From: an uncultured virus (IMG/VR IMGVR_UViG_2857886120_000002)
Taxonomy: Duplodnaviria; Heunggongvirae; Uroviricota; Caudoviricetes
Direction: 5' to 3' (one strand)
Virus record (IMG/VR): IMGVR_UViG_2857886120_000002
DNA: 64,000 nt
This document shows, in pieces, positions 56,077 to 64,000 of this stretch. Every line of letters begins with the position of its first letter. Positions within the stretch are counted from its first letter, which is position 1. Made by a program: the position numbers and the translations under genes. The notes under the pieces are model-generated. The model was not told the origin of the DNA. It ran no database searches and saw only the letters and a list, made by a program, of their open reading frames with translations.

Positions 56077-57858
56077 ATGGTAAACGTCAATTTATTAGAT
56101 CATTTAATTAGCGATAATACCGATCCAAGAAAAGCGGCCAGATCGCTGTATTGGGCTGGGTATCGTATTAGCCGTATTTCTGAATTGTTGAATGAAAATA
56201 TTAATACTATCCATAGCTGGAAACGGCGTGATAGGTGGGATGAGTCAACCGTATTGGATAGGGTTAACGGCGTTCTTGAAGCGCAATTAATCCATCTTGT
56301 TATCAAGCCAAATAAAGAAGGCAAAGATTTTAAAGAGATTGATTTACTTAGCCGTCAGCTAGAACGTACAGCCAGAATTGAAAAATATCAAAACGGCGGT
56401 AATGAAGTTGATTTAAACCCTAATATTGCCAACCGTAATGCCAAGCCGAAGCAAAAGCCTAAAACCAATCTTTTAACTGATGAGCAGATCGAAAAAATTA
56501 ACGAACTATTTAATGATGGCTTATATGAGCATCAAAAAGTTTGGTATCGGGCTGGTATGCAAAATCGCATTAGAAACATAAATAAATCACGCCAAATTGG
56601 GGCAACTATGTTTTTTGCGCAGGAAGGGGCGGTTGATGCTGTGAATACTGGGCGTAATCAGATATTTTTATCCGCATCAAAATCACAAGCATTTCAATTT
56701 CGGCAATATATTATTGATTTTTTCCACGGTATCGATATGGATCTGAAAGGGGAAGTTATCCACTTTCCGCATAATGACGCTCGCCTTTACTTTTTAGGTA
56801 CCAACTCTAAAACGGCACAAAGTTATCATGGTAATTTATATCTGGATGAATATTTTTGGATTAATAAATTTTTAGAATTGCGTAAAGTTGCATCTGGTAT
56901 GTCGAGCCAAAAACGTTGGCGACAAACTTACTTTTCAACGCCTTCCAGCATTAATCATGAAGCGTATAAATTCTGGACTGGCGAGCTATTTAATAAGGGA
57001 CGTAGAAAAGAGCAACGTATTAATGTTGATATTTCTCATCAAGCTTTAAAAAATGGCAAATTATGTGCTGATGGACAATGGCGGCAGATTGTTACTATTG
57101 AAGATGCCGAGCAATTGGGATTTGATTTATTCGATATTAATCAACTAAAACTAGAATATAGCCCCGATGAGTTCGCTAATTTATTTTTATGTAATTTTAT
57201 TGATGATTCATCATCAGTTTTTCCGCTATCGAGTTTACAACCGTGTATGGTCGATTCTTGGGATATTTGGGATGATTATAAGCCATTTGCAATGCGCCCA
57301 CTTGGTGAGCGGCCAGTATGGATCGGCTATGACCCGTCACATACGGGTGATAGTGCTGGGTGCGTTGTTGTTTCACCGCCATTGGTTGAGGGTGGAAAAT
57401 TCCGAGTCATTGAAAAGCATCAATGGACAGGTATGGACTTTGCCACACAAGCCGAAGCCATTCGAAAAATGACCGAACGCTATAACGTTACCTACATTGG
57501 TATAGATGCCACCGGGCTAGGTGAGGGTGTTTATCAGTTAGTTAAGCAATTTTATCCTGCTGTAGTGGCATTTAAATATTCAATTGAGATTAAACAAAGG
57601 CTAATTTTAAAAATGCAAGATGTGATCAGGCGTCAGCGTTTAGAGTTTGATGCAGGTTGGACAGACTTAGCCCAATCATTTATGGCAATTCGAAAGACAT
57701 TAACGGCCAGTCAACGTTATGTAACGTATGTGGCTGATCGTAATGAAGATGTATCACATGCCGATATTGCATGGGCAACCATGCACGCAATTTATAACGA
57801 ACCGCTAGAAAGTATTAGCGGAGCTAACAGCAACAGCGGATTTATGGGAGTATTTTAG
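56077..57858 (+). CDS. gpP: Terminase ATPase subunit gpP
   Basis: KSRQIGAT, QIFLSASK-QA, LYLDEYFW, VWIGYDP, HADIAWATMHA. Confidence 0.96.
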   Translation: MVNVNLLDHLISDNTDPRKAARSLYWAGYRISRISELLNENINTIHSWKRRDRWDESTVLDRVNGVLEAQLIHLVIKPNKEGKDFKEIDLLSRQLERTARIEKYQNGGNEVDLNPNIANRNAKPKQKPKTNLLTDEQIEKINELFNDGLYEHQKVWYRAGMQNRIRNINKSRQIGATMFFAQEGAVDAVNTGRNQIFLSASKSQAFQFRQYIIDFFHGIDMDLKGEVIHFPHNDARLYFLGTNSKTAQSYHGNLYLDEYFWINKFLELRKVASGMSSQKRWRQTYFSTPSSINHEAYKFWTGELFNKGRRKEQRINVDISHQALKNGKLCADGQWRQIVTIEDAEQLGFDLFDINQLKLEYSPDEFANLFLCNFIDDSSSVFPLSSLQPCMVDSWDIWDDYKPFAMRPLGERPVWIGYDPSHTGDSAGCVVVSPPLVEGGKFRVIEKHQWTGMDFATQAEAIRKMTERYNVTYIGIDATGLGEGVYQLVKQFYPAVVAFKYSIEIKQRLILKMQDVIRRQRLEFDAGWTDLAQSFMAIRKTLTASQRYVTYVADRNEDVSHADIAWATMHAIYNEPLESISGANSNSGFMGVF

Positions 57859-57860
57859 TC

Positions 57861-58847
57861 ATGACAGAATTAACACAACAAAAAGAAAAAGTAGAGTGTT
57901 TTACATTTGGCGATCGTGAGCCTTTAGCCGATGCCAAAGACTTATTAAGTTATTTACAATGCACATCGTGCGGCAATTGGTATGAACCGCCAGTTAATTT
58001 TGATACGCTAGCCAATACCTTTAGTTCATCGTCATATCATAGCAGCCCGATATACGTTAAACGAAATATCTTAACCAGTACTTTTATTCCTCATAAATAC
58101 TTATCACGTCAGGCATTCGAACGCATTGCTAATGATTTTTTAATATTGGGTAACTGCTATCTCGAAAAACGAACAAATATGCTAAAGCAAACCGAGGGGC
58201 TAAAACCAACACTGGCGAAATACACACGGCGAGGTGTTGAAGAAAACGAATATTGGTATATTGATAAATATTGGGAAGAACATAAATTTAAAAAAGGTTC
58301 AGTTTGGCATATGCTAGCACCTGATATAAATCAAGAGATTTACGGATTACCTGAATATTTAGCCGCCATTAATTCGGTTTGGCTTGATAACTCGGCTACC
58401 GTATTCCGTCAACGTTATTATAAAAATGGTTCGCATGCAGGGTTTATTTTATATTTGTCTAATCCATCACATAACGAAAAAGATATTGAAGAATTAAAGA
58501 AAGCATTGCAAAGCAGCCGTGGACCAGGCAACTTCCGCAATTTGCTCATGTACTCACCAAACGGTAAGCCAGATGGATTAAAACTGATACCCGTTGGAGA
58601 AGTGGCCGCTAAAGATAATTTTGCAGATATCAAATCAGTTAGCCAAGATGATATTTTGACAGCGCACCGAGTTCCACCGTCACTGATGGGAATTACTCCA
58701 AAAAATACGGGTGGATTTGGTGATCCTGAAAAAGCCTCTAAAGTGTTTGCTCGTAATGAAATTAAACCGTTGCAAGATAGGTTTTTACAGCTTAATGACT
58801 GGATGGGTGAGGAGGTAGTTAAATTTAATCCATATCTGCTTGAATAA
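57861..58847 (+). CDS. gpQ: Portal protein gpQ
   Basis: FTFGD-EP, WYEPPV, DINQEIYGLPEYL, YYKNGSHAGFI, AHRVPP-LMG. Confidence 0.96.
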   Translation: MTELTQQKEKVECFTFGDREPLADAKDLLSYLQCTSCGNWYEPPVNFDTLANTFSSSSYHSSPIYVKRNILTSTFIPHKYLSRQAFERIANDFLILGNCYLEKRTNMLKQTEGLKPTLAKYTRRGVEENEYWYIDKYWEEHKFKKGSVWHMLAPDINQEIYGLPEYLAAINSVWLDNSATVFRQRYYKNGSHAGFILYLSNPSHNEKDIEELKKALQSSRGPGNFRNLLMYSPNGKPDGLKLIPVGEVAAKDNFADIKSVSQDDILTAHRVPPSLMGITPKNTGGFGDPEKASKVFARNEIKPLQDRFLQLNDWMGEEVVKFNPYLLE

Positions 58848-58849
58848 AA

Positions 58850-58900
58850 ATAAACAAAAATGTTTATTTTTAGATTGAAATAATAAACATTTTTGTTTAT
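58850..58900. promoter_or_regulatory. Tandem palindromes ATAAACA-N4-TGTTTAT, candidate HicB operators
   Basis: Two copies just upstream of hicA. Confidence 0.55.
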
Positions 58901-58933
58901 TATTTAACTGTCTTAAAACAGCACGGAGCAATA

Positions 58934-59110
58934 ATGAAACAAAGTGAGTTTTTAAGATGGTTAGTTGCTCAAGGTGTTGAAGTAAAGCAAGGAAGTAATC
59001 ACCTGAAACTTTATTACAACGGAAAGCAATCAACAATGCCAAGACATCCTAGCAAGGAGTTAAAAAACGGTACAATGATAGCAATCAAAAAGCAACTAAA
59101 TCTAAAATAA
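58934..59110 (+). CDS. hicA: HicA toxin (58 aa, not in ORF track)
   Basis: MKQSEFLRWLVAQGVEVKQGSNHLKLYYNGKQSTMPRHPSKELKNGTMIAIKKQLNLK; GGAG RBS. Confidence 0.93.
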   Translation: MKQSEFLRWLVAQGVEVKQGSNHLKLYYNGKQSTMPRHPSKELKNGTMIAIKKQLNLK

Positions 59111-59152
59111 CTAAAGCCCTCGTAAGGGGGCTTTTCTTTAAAAGAGGTTATT

Positions 59153-59566
59153 ATGTTTTATCCTGCAAAACTAACTAAAGAAGATGATGGCTATACAGTA
59201 ACATTTAGGGATATTCCTGAAGCAATTACTTGTGGTGATGATTTGCAAGATGCGTTAGATATGGCTCAAGATGCATTAGTAACAAGTATGGATTTTTATT
59301 TTGAAGATCATCGCACCGTTCCATTACCAAGTAAGGCTAAAAAAGGGGAATATTTAATTGAATTACCCGTGAGTATTTTTGCCAAAGTGCTTTTACTTAA
59401 TGAAATGGTTGAACAGAATATTTCTAACGTCGAGCTAGCAAAACGTATTCACGTAAAACCTCAAGAAGTGCAACGTATTGTTAATTTAGAGCATGCAACA
59501 AAAATCGATACGATCAGTAAAGCATTGTCTGCTTTGGGTAAGCGTCTTGAATTAAATGTAGCTTGA
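59153..59566 (+). CDS. hicB: HicB antitoxin
   Basis: YP--L, VTFRDIPEAIT-G, PLPS, C-terminal HTH with TKIDTI--AL-ALG. Confidence 0.94.
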   Translation: MFYPAKLTKEDDGYTVTFRDIPEAITCGDDLQDALDMAQDALVTSMDFYFEDHRTVPLPSKAKKGEYLIELPVSIFAKVLLLNEMVEQNISNVELAKRIHVKPQEVQRIVNLEHATKIDTISKALSALGKRLELNVA

Positions 59567-59590
59567 CTTAATCACATAATCAAACAAATG

Positions 59591-59615
59591 AAAGCTCCGA
59601 AAGGGGCTTTTTTTT
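59591..59615 (+). terminator. Rho-independent terminator after hicB
   Basis: AAAGCTCC-GAAA-GGGGCTTT followed by a T run. Confidence 0.75.
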
Positions 59616-59804
59616 GTTATTAACATATATATACAATTCAGCTAACTAAATGTAATATTTAAAAATTTAATTTTAACTATAAAGCGCATAGAGAAGCGAT
59701 TTTTATTTTACACATAGCTGTTCACAGATTTTGAGAACGCTTTACTATGAGCGTTTTTGGTGGGTTATATTTGATTTTTTGATCTGACCCTAGCTAAAAG
59801 TTAT

Positions 59805-59868
59805 TGCGCCAGAGAAACCCCACGTCACCCCCACGTTAAAAGTGTGGGAAATTGTGCAAAGTTGCAAA
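59805..59868. other. Candidate cos region
   Basis: GC-rich GCGCC..CCCCACGTCACCCCCACG..TGCAAAGTTGCA island downstream of portal gene Q where P2-type cos lies; diverged from P2 cos. Confidence 0.45.
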
Positions 59869-59954
59869 CATCACAAAAGAAGCCCTAGTATAAGGGCTTT
59901 AGCGATCCGTGATTCTTTTTAGATCTTTCATTTTCGTGCAGTGTAGGTGTGCAT

Positions 59955-60875
59955 TTACTTTTGCATTGCTAGTATCATATTTTTTGCAATAGCTCTTATT
60001 ACTGGAACGCATACACTATTTCCGAATTGTTTGTATGCTTGTACATCAGATACGGGGATTTTAAAATTTTCAGGAAATCCTTGTAATCTTGCTGCTTCTC
60101 TAGGTGTTAATTTCCTAGGATTTTTATTTTTTTGCTCGATTAAAATTTCACTTCCATCTTTATAATACCTAGCAGAAATTGTATTAGTATATTCGGAATC
60201 AAAATTGACGAGGCTATAACCAAATCCTTTACCTTTGGCTTTATTTTCAATTTTTCGCCTCTGATGTCCAGCCCACAGTCTATCGGAAATAGTGTATTTT
60301 TGATCAACATTCTTTTCCAAGATATCACCAACTTTTGTCGGTTTATTCAGCGGTTCAGGAAAAGAGAATTGAACTGCATGGTCAAGAAAACCAATGATAT
60401 AAATTCGTTCTCTATTCTGAGGAATGCCAAAATCTCTAGCTTTTAAAACATCATAATAGACTTTATAACCGGCCTGTTCTAAATGCATCAGAATAGTTTT
60501 TAATGTATTACCTTTGTCATGTCCTTTTAGTTGCTTTACATTTTCTAGCAAGAAAGCTTTAGGTTTTCGTTTAAGTAAAATACGTTCGATATCAAAAAAC
60601 AACGTTCCTCTTGTATCTGAGAAACCTTTTTTTAGTCCAGCTTGAGAAAATGGCTGACAGGGAAAACCTGCTAATAAAATATCATGCTCAGGAATATCCT
60701 CTTCACTAATCATGGTTATATCACCAAAAATATTTTCATTACCATGATTTTCAACATATGTTTTTATAGCATGCTGATCTATTTCTGATGTAAATACGCA
60801 TTCAATATTATTAGATGCCAACTCAAAACCTAAACGTATGCCACCAATACCGGCGAATAAATCTATAATTTTCAT
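59955..60875 (-). CDS. C5-cytosine DNA methyltransferase (type II R-M)
   Basis: DLFAGIGG, AGFPCQPFS, LENV, PQNRER, TISARYYKDGSE, QFGNSV. Confidence 0.95.
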   Translation of the reverse strand: MKIIDLFAGIGGIRLGFELASNNIECVFTSEIDQHAIKTYVENHGNENIFGDITMISEEDIPEHDILLAGFPCQPFSQAGLKKGFSDTRGTLFFDIERILLKRKPKAFLLENVKQLKGHDKGNTLKTILMHLEQAGYKVYYDVLKARDFGIPQNRERIYIIGFLDHAVQFSFPEPLNKPTKVGDILEKNVDQKYTISDRLWAGHQRRKIENKAKGKGFGYSLVNFDSEYTNTISARYYKDGSEILIEQKNKNPRKLTPREAARLQGFPENFKIPVSDVQAYKQFGNSVCVPVIRAIAKNMILAMQK

Positions 60876-60880
60876 AAAAT

Positions 60881-61777
60881 TTAATTATCAATCCAATAAC
60901 TTAATACACTAGGGATGTCCCTGTTGAAGTAAGTTTCAAAATCTATAACATTATGTCTAGATGCTAATTTTTTAGATATTTTGACAGAATTTAAAACAAC
61001 AATAATAATATTATGTTGTCCCATTTGTTCTGCTTTGCTTTCAGAAATATCATCGTCAACAGTTAATAAATAAATATTTGGCAAATTAGAACGTTGAATT
61101 TCTTCAACTACTTCTTGCCAACGTTCCCTTAAAGTTGTTTTCATTGACCCGACGATAGTTCTATTTCTTAATTTTTTAAATGCCTCAACGCTTGGAAGAA
61201 TGGAATCAACGACTTTACCTAATCCAAGATTATCAAAGGCTTTTTTACCAATATTAGCTTGTGACTCAAAAGAATATCCAAAATAATCGTATAATGAATA
61301 AATTATACCTTCAAATACTTTTCCTGCACGAGATCTTCTTGATTGTGTGTTACTTAAGCAAAGCTGATAAATATATGGACTTATATAACCAGAATAAACA
61401 CCAAATAACTGATTTAAGCGAGTATAAAAATCCTCTTTTGACACACCAGATAGTGTTAATAATTCATCACTAATTTTATTTAATAAATTTTTAGGAGCAT
61501 CAAAAATATTAGCAATTTCCTTCAAAATTTCGCCATTAAAAATTGATTCTTGTTTTAAAAATTCATCGTAAGATAATTCTCTCAACTGTACAATTGCCTC
61601 TGAAATTCTTCCATTTTCAAGCAATTTATTTATAAAATCATGGTGGTTATTTCTTGCAATCGTAGTTGTTTCTTTTGGTGGAAGAATCAATTCTTTTCTT
61701 TTTGCTTTAATAAATTCTGAAAAACGTTTTTCTTCATCTTTGGGTAACCGAATTAGCGGAGTAAAATTATTAATCAT
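60881..61777 (-). CDS. Type II restriction endonuclease, SsoII/Ecl18kI/EcoRII-C family (likely CCNGG)
   Basis: SNTQSRRSRAGKVFE, VDSILPS, SMKTTLRERWQEV motifs; adjacent C5 MTase. Confidence 0.88.
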   Translation of the reverse strand: MINNFTPLIRLPKDEEKRFSEFIKAKRKELILPPKETTTIARNNHHDFINKLLENGRISEAIVQLRELSYDEFLKQESIFNGEILKEIANIFDAPKNLLNKISDELLTLSGVSKEDFYTRLNQLFGVYSGYISPYIYQLCLSNTQSRRSRAGKVFEGIIYSLYDYFGYSFESQANIGKKAFDNLGLGKVVDSILPSVEAFKKLRNRTIVGSMKTTLRERWQEVVEEIQRSNLPNIYLLTVDDDISESKAEQMGQHNIIIVVLNSVKISKKLASRHNVIDFETYFNRDIPSVLSYWIDN

Positions 61778-61822
61778 TTTTTGCCTATAAGATAAAAATA
61801 GTCGGACAATATTACAGTAAAT

Positions 61823-61996
61823 TTAATTTTTTATCTCGTTATTATTAGTGACAAATTCTTTTAAAGGTTCCAATAAATCACGAATCCAAAATAGTGTGAT
61901 ATCTTTATCACGCTCTGTTAGATGTTCGGATTCTGTTACAACACGGATAAGTAATTCAGCTCTCTCTACTTTTTTTGCTTTTTCTAATTCGTCCAT
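61823..61996 (-). CDS. tum: Phage 186 Tum-like SOS antirepressor
   Basis: ERAELLIRV-TE-----RDKDI-L--I resembles 186 Tum; located after gene A; GAGGT RBS; LexA box upstream. Confidence 0.7.
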   Translation of the reverse strand: MDELEKAKKVERAELLIRVVTESEHLTERDKDITLFWIRDLLEPLKEFVTNNNEIKN

Positions 61997-62009
61997 TTCT
62001 AATACCTCA

Positions 62010-62025
62010 CTGTTTTTATATACAG
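62010..62025. promoter_or_regulatory. LexA (SOS) box
   Basis: CTGTTTTTATATACAG (CTG-N10-CAG), with an overlapping imperfect box to 62038. Confidence 0.85.
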
Positions 62026-62117
62026 TATATTTATACAGTAATTTTTTAGCAAGAAAAAAGTAAAAAAATGTGATCAATGTCTAGTTGCATGATTTTATTA
62101 CATAAAACAATATAAAG

Positions 62118-64000
62118 CTAAAAATAAAACTCAACAAAATCATTTTTAACGGGCTTTCTAGGCCGACTTGGCGAATTGCTAACGATGAGATGTACACCGT
62201 TTAAAGTGTTATCTAATTTTAAATATTGATTGTGGCTGATTTTTATACTTTCACGTAAATAAAGCCGGTTCACAGTGAAATTATCGTCAGGCAGACCGAT
62301 TATTTTTAACTGTTTTCTAATTTCTTCACGCTGATCGTCTAGCGATGATTTTTTAACCTGCGTACAGTTATTGACAGAACTCCAAGGCGTGCGTGCCGCA
62401 CGTTTTTTAAGGTCAAGGTCCTTGCTTGTTTTTTCTTTCTTAACTATTTTCCATTTAATAAGCCTTGTGCAAATAAAGGACGTTAGCCCCGATAATGGTG
62501 AAAATACGCCTTTTATTTTTTTAATTACTTCCTCATATTGATTCAATTCTTCTTCGTAAGATAGCCTAACTTTTAAATCTTTGCGCAAAACCATTGGACC
62601 ACCTTGGTGATTAGTATATGCGGCCCAATCACCAATATCAGCGGACGCTAAAACAGGATCGATAATTTTATCTTCCACTTTTTGGCTTTTTAATCTTCGT
62701 AGTTCCCGCCAAACGGTGACAGGTGCGCCGCCTAATTGTTGGAATTGGCGTATTTTCCAACGGCTTGCCCATGCAGTAACAGCTTTAGATGTTTCTTTTA
62801 AGTTTTCGCCAGTTTCATCATCTACTTCATTATCCAACGCATAACCATCAATATTTTTAGAAATATATTTAGCAATGTAGCCAGTTGCTGAGCCTTTTTC
62901 TTTATCGATCATGGTAAATTCAAAGCGGTTTTTTGCGGCCCCTTTTTCTTGTCCGTCTTCATCCATGGCATAGATCCACATTACTTTAAAAGCTGTTTGC
63001 AAATCTTCGGGACGCATAAAAACTAAAATATGCCAATGAGGTGTGCCGTCGTGATGAGGTTCTGCGACGCGGAAGCCAAAAAACTTAATATCTTCACGAT
63101 TGAGCTTTGCTCGAATCCTTGACCATACTTTACACAAATAGGCTTGGGTTTCACGTGGATTATTACCTTGCCAGTTTTCGACAAATCCACCTTTTGAGTA
63201 GGCGCTATGGTATTTTGAAGGGGCCGTTAGTGTAATAAATGCACCGGTATACCCCATTTCATCAGCCAAATCTTCAAAGCCCCTCATGCGGGTCATTAGC
63301 TCAGCACGACGAATAGCTGGATTGGAAATCGATTTATATACCTGCAAATCAAGTGCTATTTGTTCGCCAGTTTCTTGATTTTCAATTGCCATTTGTTCTA
63401 AATATTTTTTATTGCGTCGCTTTTGTTCTTTCCATTCTGATTGGCAAGATTGACTGGCATACGGGGTAGCTTTCTTTTGTACTTGCCCAACTGCAATGGC
63501 TAAATGTTCATGTTGAAAATCTCGACGGGTTTTTAACTTGTTATACCACCAATCCTCATTGGTTAATTTTGCCAACGCTCTAACAATATTTTCATTGGTT
63601 AACTTTCCATTTTTATAATCGGCAAAGTAGGGCGGTACCATATTGATGCCATCAAGTTCATTTAAAACAGATTTATAAAGTTGATACTCAAGCCCAAGCT
63701 GATTAACCTCATTGGCAGATAAACAAAACTCATGATCTGCTAATAAGTGTTGTATAAGTTTATCTATATAACGGGCTATTTCTACGCTAAGTTCAGCAAT
63801 TCGCTCTCTGCCAAATATAGGCAAGTTCTCAAACTCAGCAGAAAAGTTAATAGATAGTGCGCTTGGTTTAATAAATTCATATTGTTTATTAACCAAATCA
63901 AGCCTTGATTTAATATTACCGCCAAGTGTTTTACGCAAAAATGTATTGGCGGCTTTTCGGCTTTTTGTTTGAAATAATTTGATGTATTCATTTGCAAAAT
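62118..64000 (-). CDS. gpA: Rolling-circle replication initiator gpA (5' end outside the window)
   Basis: ELM-RMRGFE, TLTAPSKYH, RVAEPHHDGTPHWH, GYIAKYISKNIDG, IRQFQ. Confidence 0.96.
   Translation of the reverse strand, partial: FANEYIKLFQTKSRKAANTFLRKTLGGNIKSRLDLVNKQYEFIKPSALSINFSAEFENLPIFGRERIAELSVEIARYIDKLIQHLLADHEFCLSANEVNQLGLEYQLYKSVLNELDGINMVPPYFADYKNGKLTNENIVRALAKLTNEDWWYNKLKTRRDFQHEHLAIAVGQVQKKATPYASQSCQSEWKEQKRRNKKYLEQMAIENQETGEQIALDLQVYKSISNPAIRRAELMTRMRGFEDLADEMGYTGAFITLTAPSKYHSAYSKGGFVENWQGNNPRETQAYLCKVWSRIRAKLNREDIKFFGFRVAEPHHDGTPHWHILVFMRPEDLQTAFKVMWIYAMDEDGQEKGAAKNRFEFTMIDKEKGSATGYIAKYISKNIDGYALDNEVDDETGENLKETSKAVTAWASRWKIRQFQQLGGAPVTVWRELRRLKSQKVEDKIIDPVLASADIGDWAAYTNHQGGPMVLRKDLKVRLSYEEELNQYEEVIKKIKGVFSPLSGLTSFICTRLIKWKIVKKEKTSKDLDLKKRAARTPWSSVNNCTQVKKSSLDDQREEIRKQLKIIGLPDDNFTVNRLYLRESIKISHNQYLKLDNTLNGVHLIVSNSPSRPRKPVKNDFVEFYF
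62364..62389 (-). other. P2-type replication origin inside gene A
   Basis: Minus strand CGCCTTGGAGTTCTGTCAATAACTGT, close to the P2/186 ori sequence. Confidence 0.8.

Larger units (their letters stand above)
38094..64000 (-). mobile_element. P2/186-like (Peduoviridae) prophage; early region and integrase lie beyond the window
   Basis: Complete P2 late gene order ogr-D-U-T-E-FII-FI-G-H-I-J-W-V-S-R-lysis-X-L-M-N-O with divergent P-Q, then tum and A. Confidence 0.97.

Noticed and set aside
38143..64000. Complete avoidance of CCNGG by the prophage
   Set aside because: Sites are present (CCAGG at 42712 and 47641, CCCGG at 45339); statistical depletion was not computed

Overview
AT-rich gammaproteobacterial DNA made of two mobile elements in tandem. 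(1) Positions 1-38142 are the right-hand ~38 kb of a PFGI-1/pKLC102/ICEHin1056-class integrative conjugative element (ICE). It carries a palindromic tandem-repeat array (oriV-like), PFL_4669/DUF3158/ssb/topB, an MPF-G conjugation operon from pilL to traG_N, an accessory region (vapD, DUF3275, DNA methyltransferase, SNF2-like helicase, a chimeric HigA/RelB-RelE toxin-antitoxin pair, DUF3577), a MobH relaxase and a tyrosine integrase split at an A9 run. It ends in the 3' part of a tRNA-Ile2(CAU) used as att site. (2) Positions 38094-64000 are a P2/186-like prophage from ogr to gene A (cut by the window edge). Its accessory loci are a C4-type antisense module, hicAB, an SsoII/Ecl18kI-like restriction-modification pair and a LexA-boxed tum antirepressor. 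The most unusual signals are non-coding: four copies of a ~150-nt promoter-led structured leader with compensatory changes, eight sequence-diverged but architecture-conserved pseudoknot/anti-Shine-Dalgarno elements in front of ICE accessory genes, and a ~500-nt hairpin-rich region ending in a terminator-like hairpin before the conjugation operon. All family assignments come from motif recognition and synteny by eye; no database search was run.
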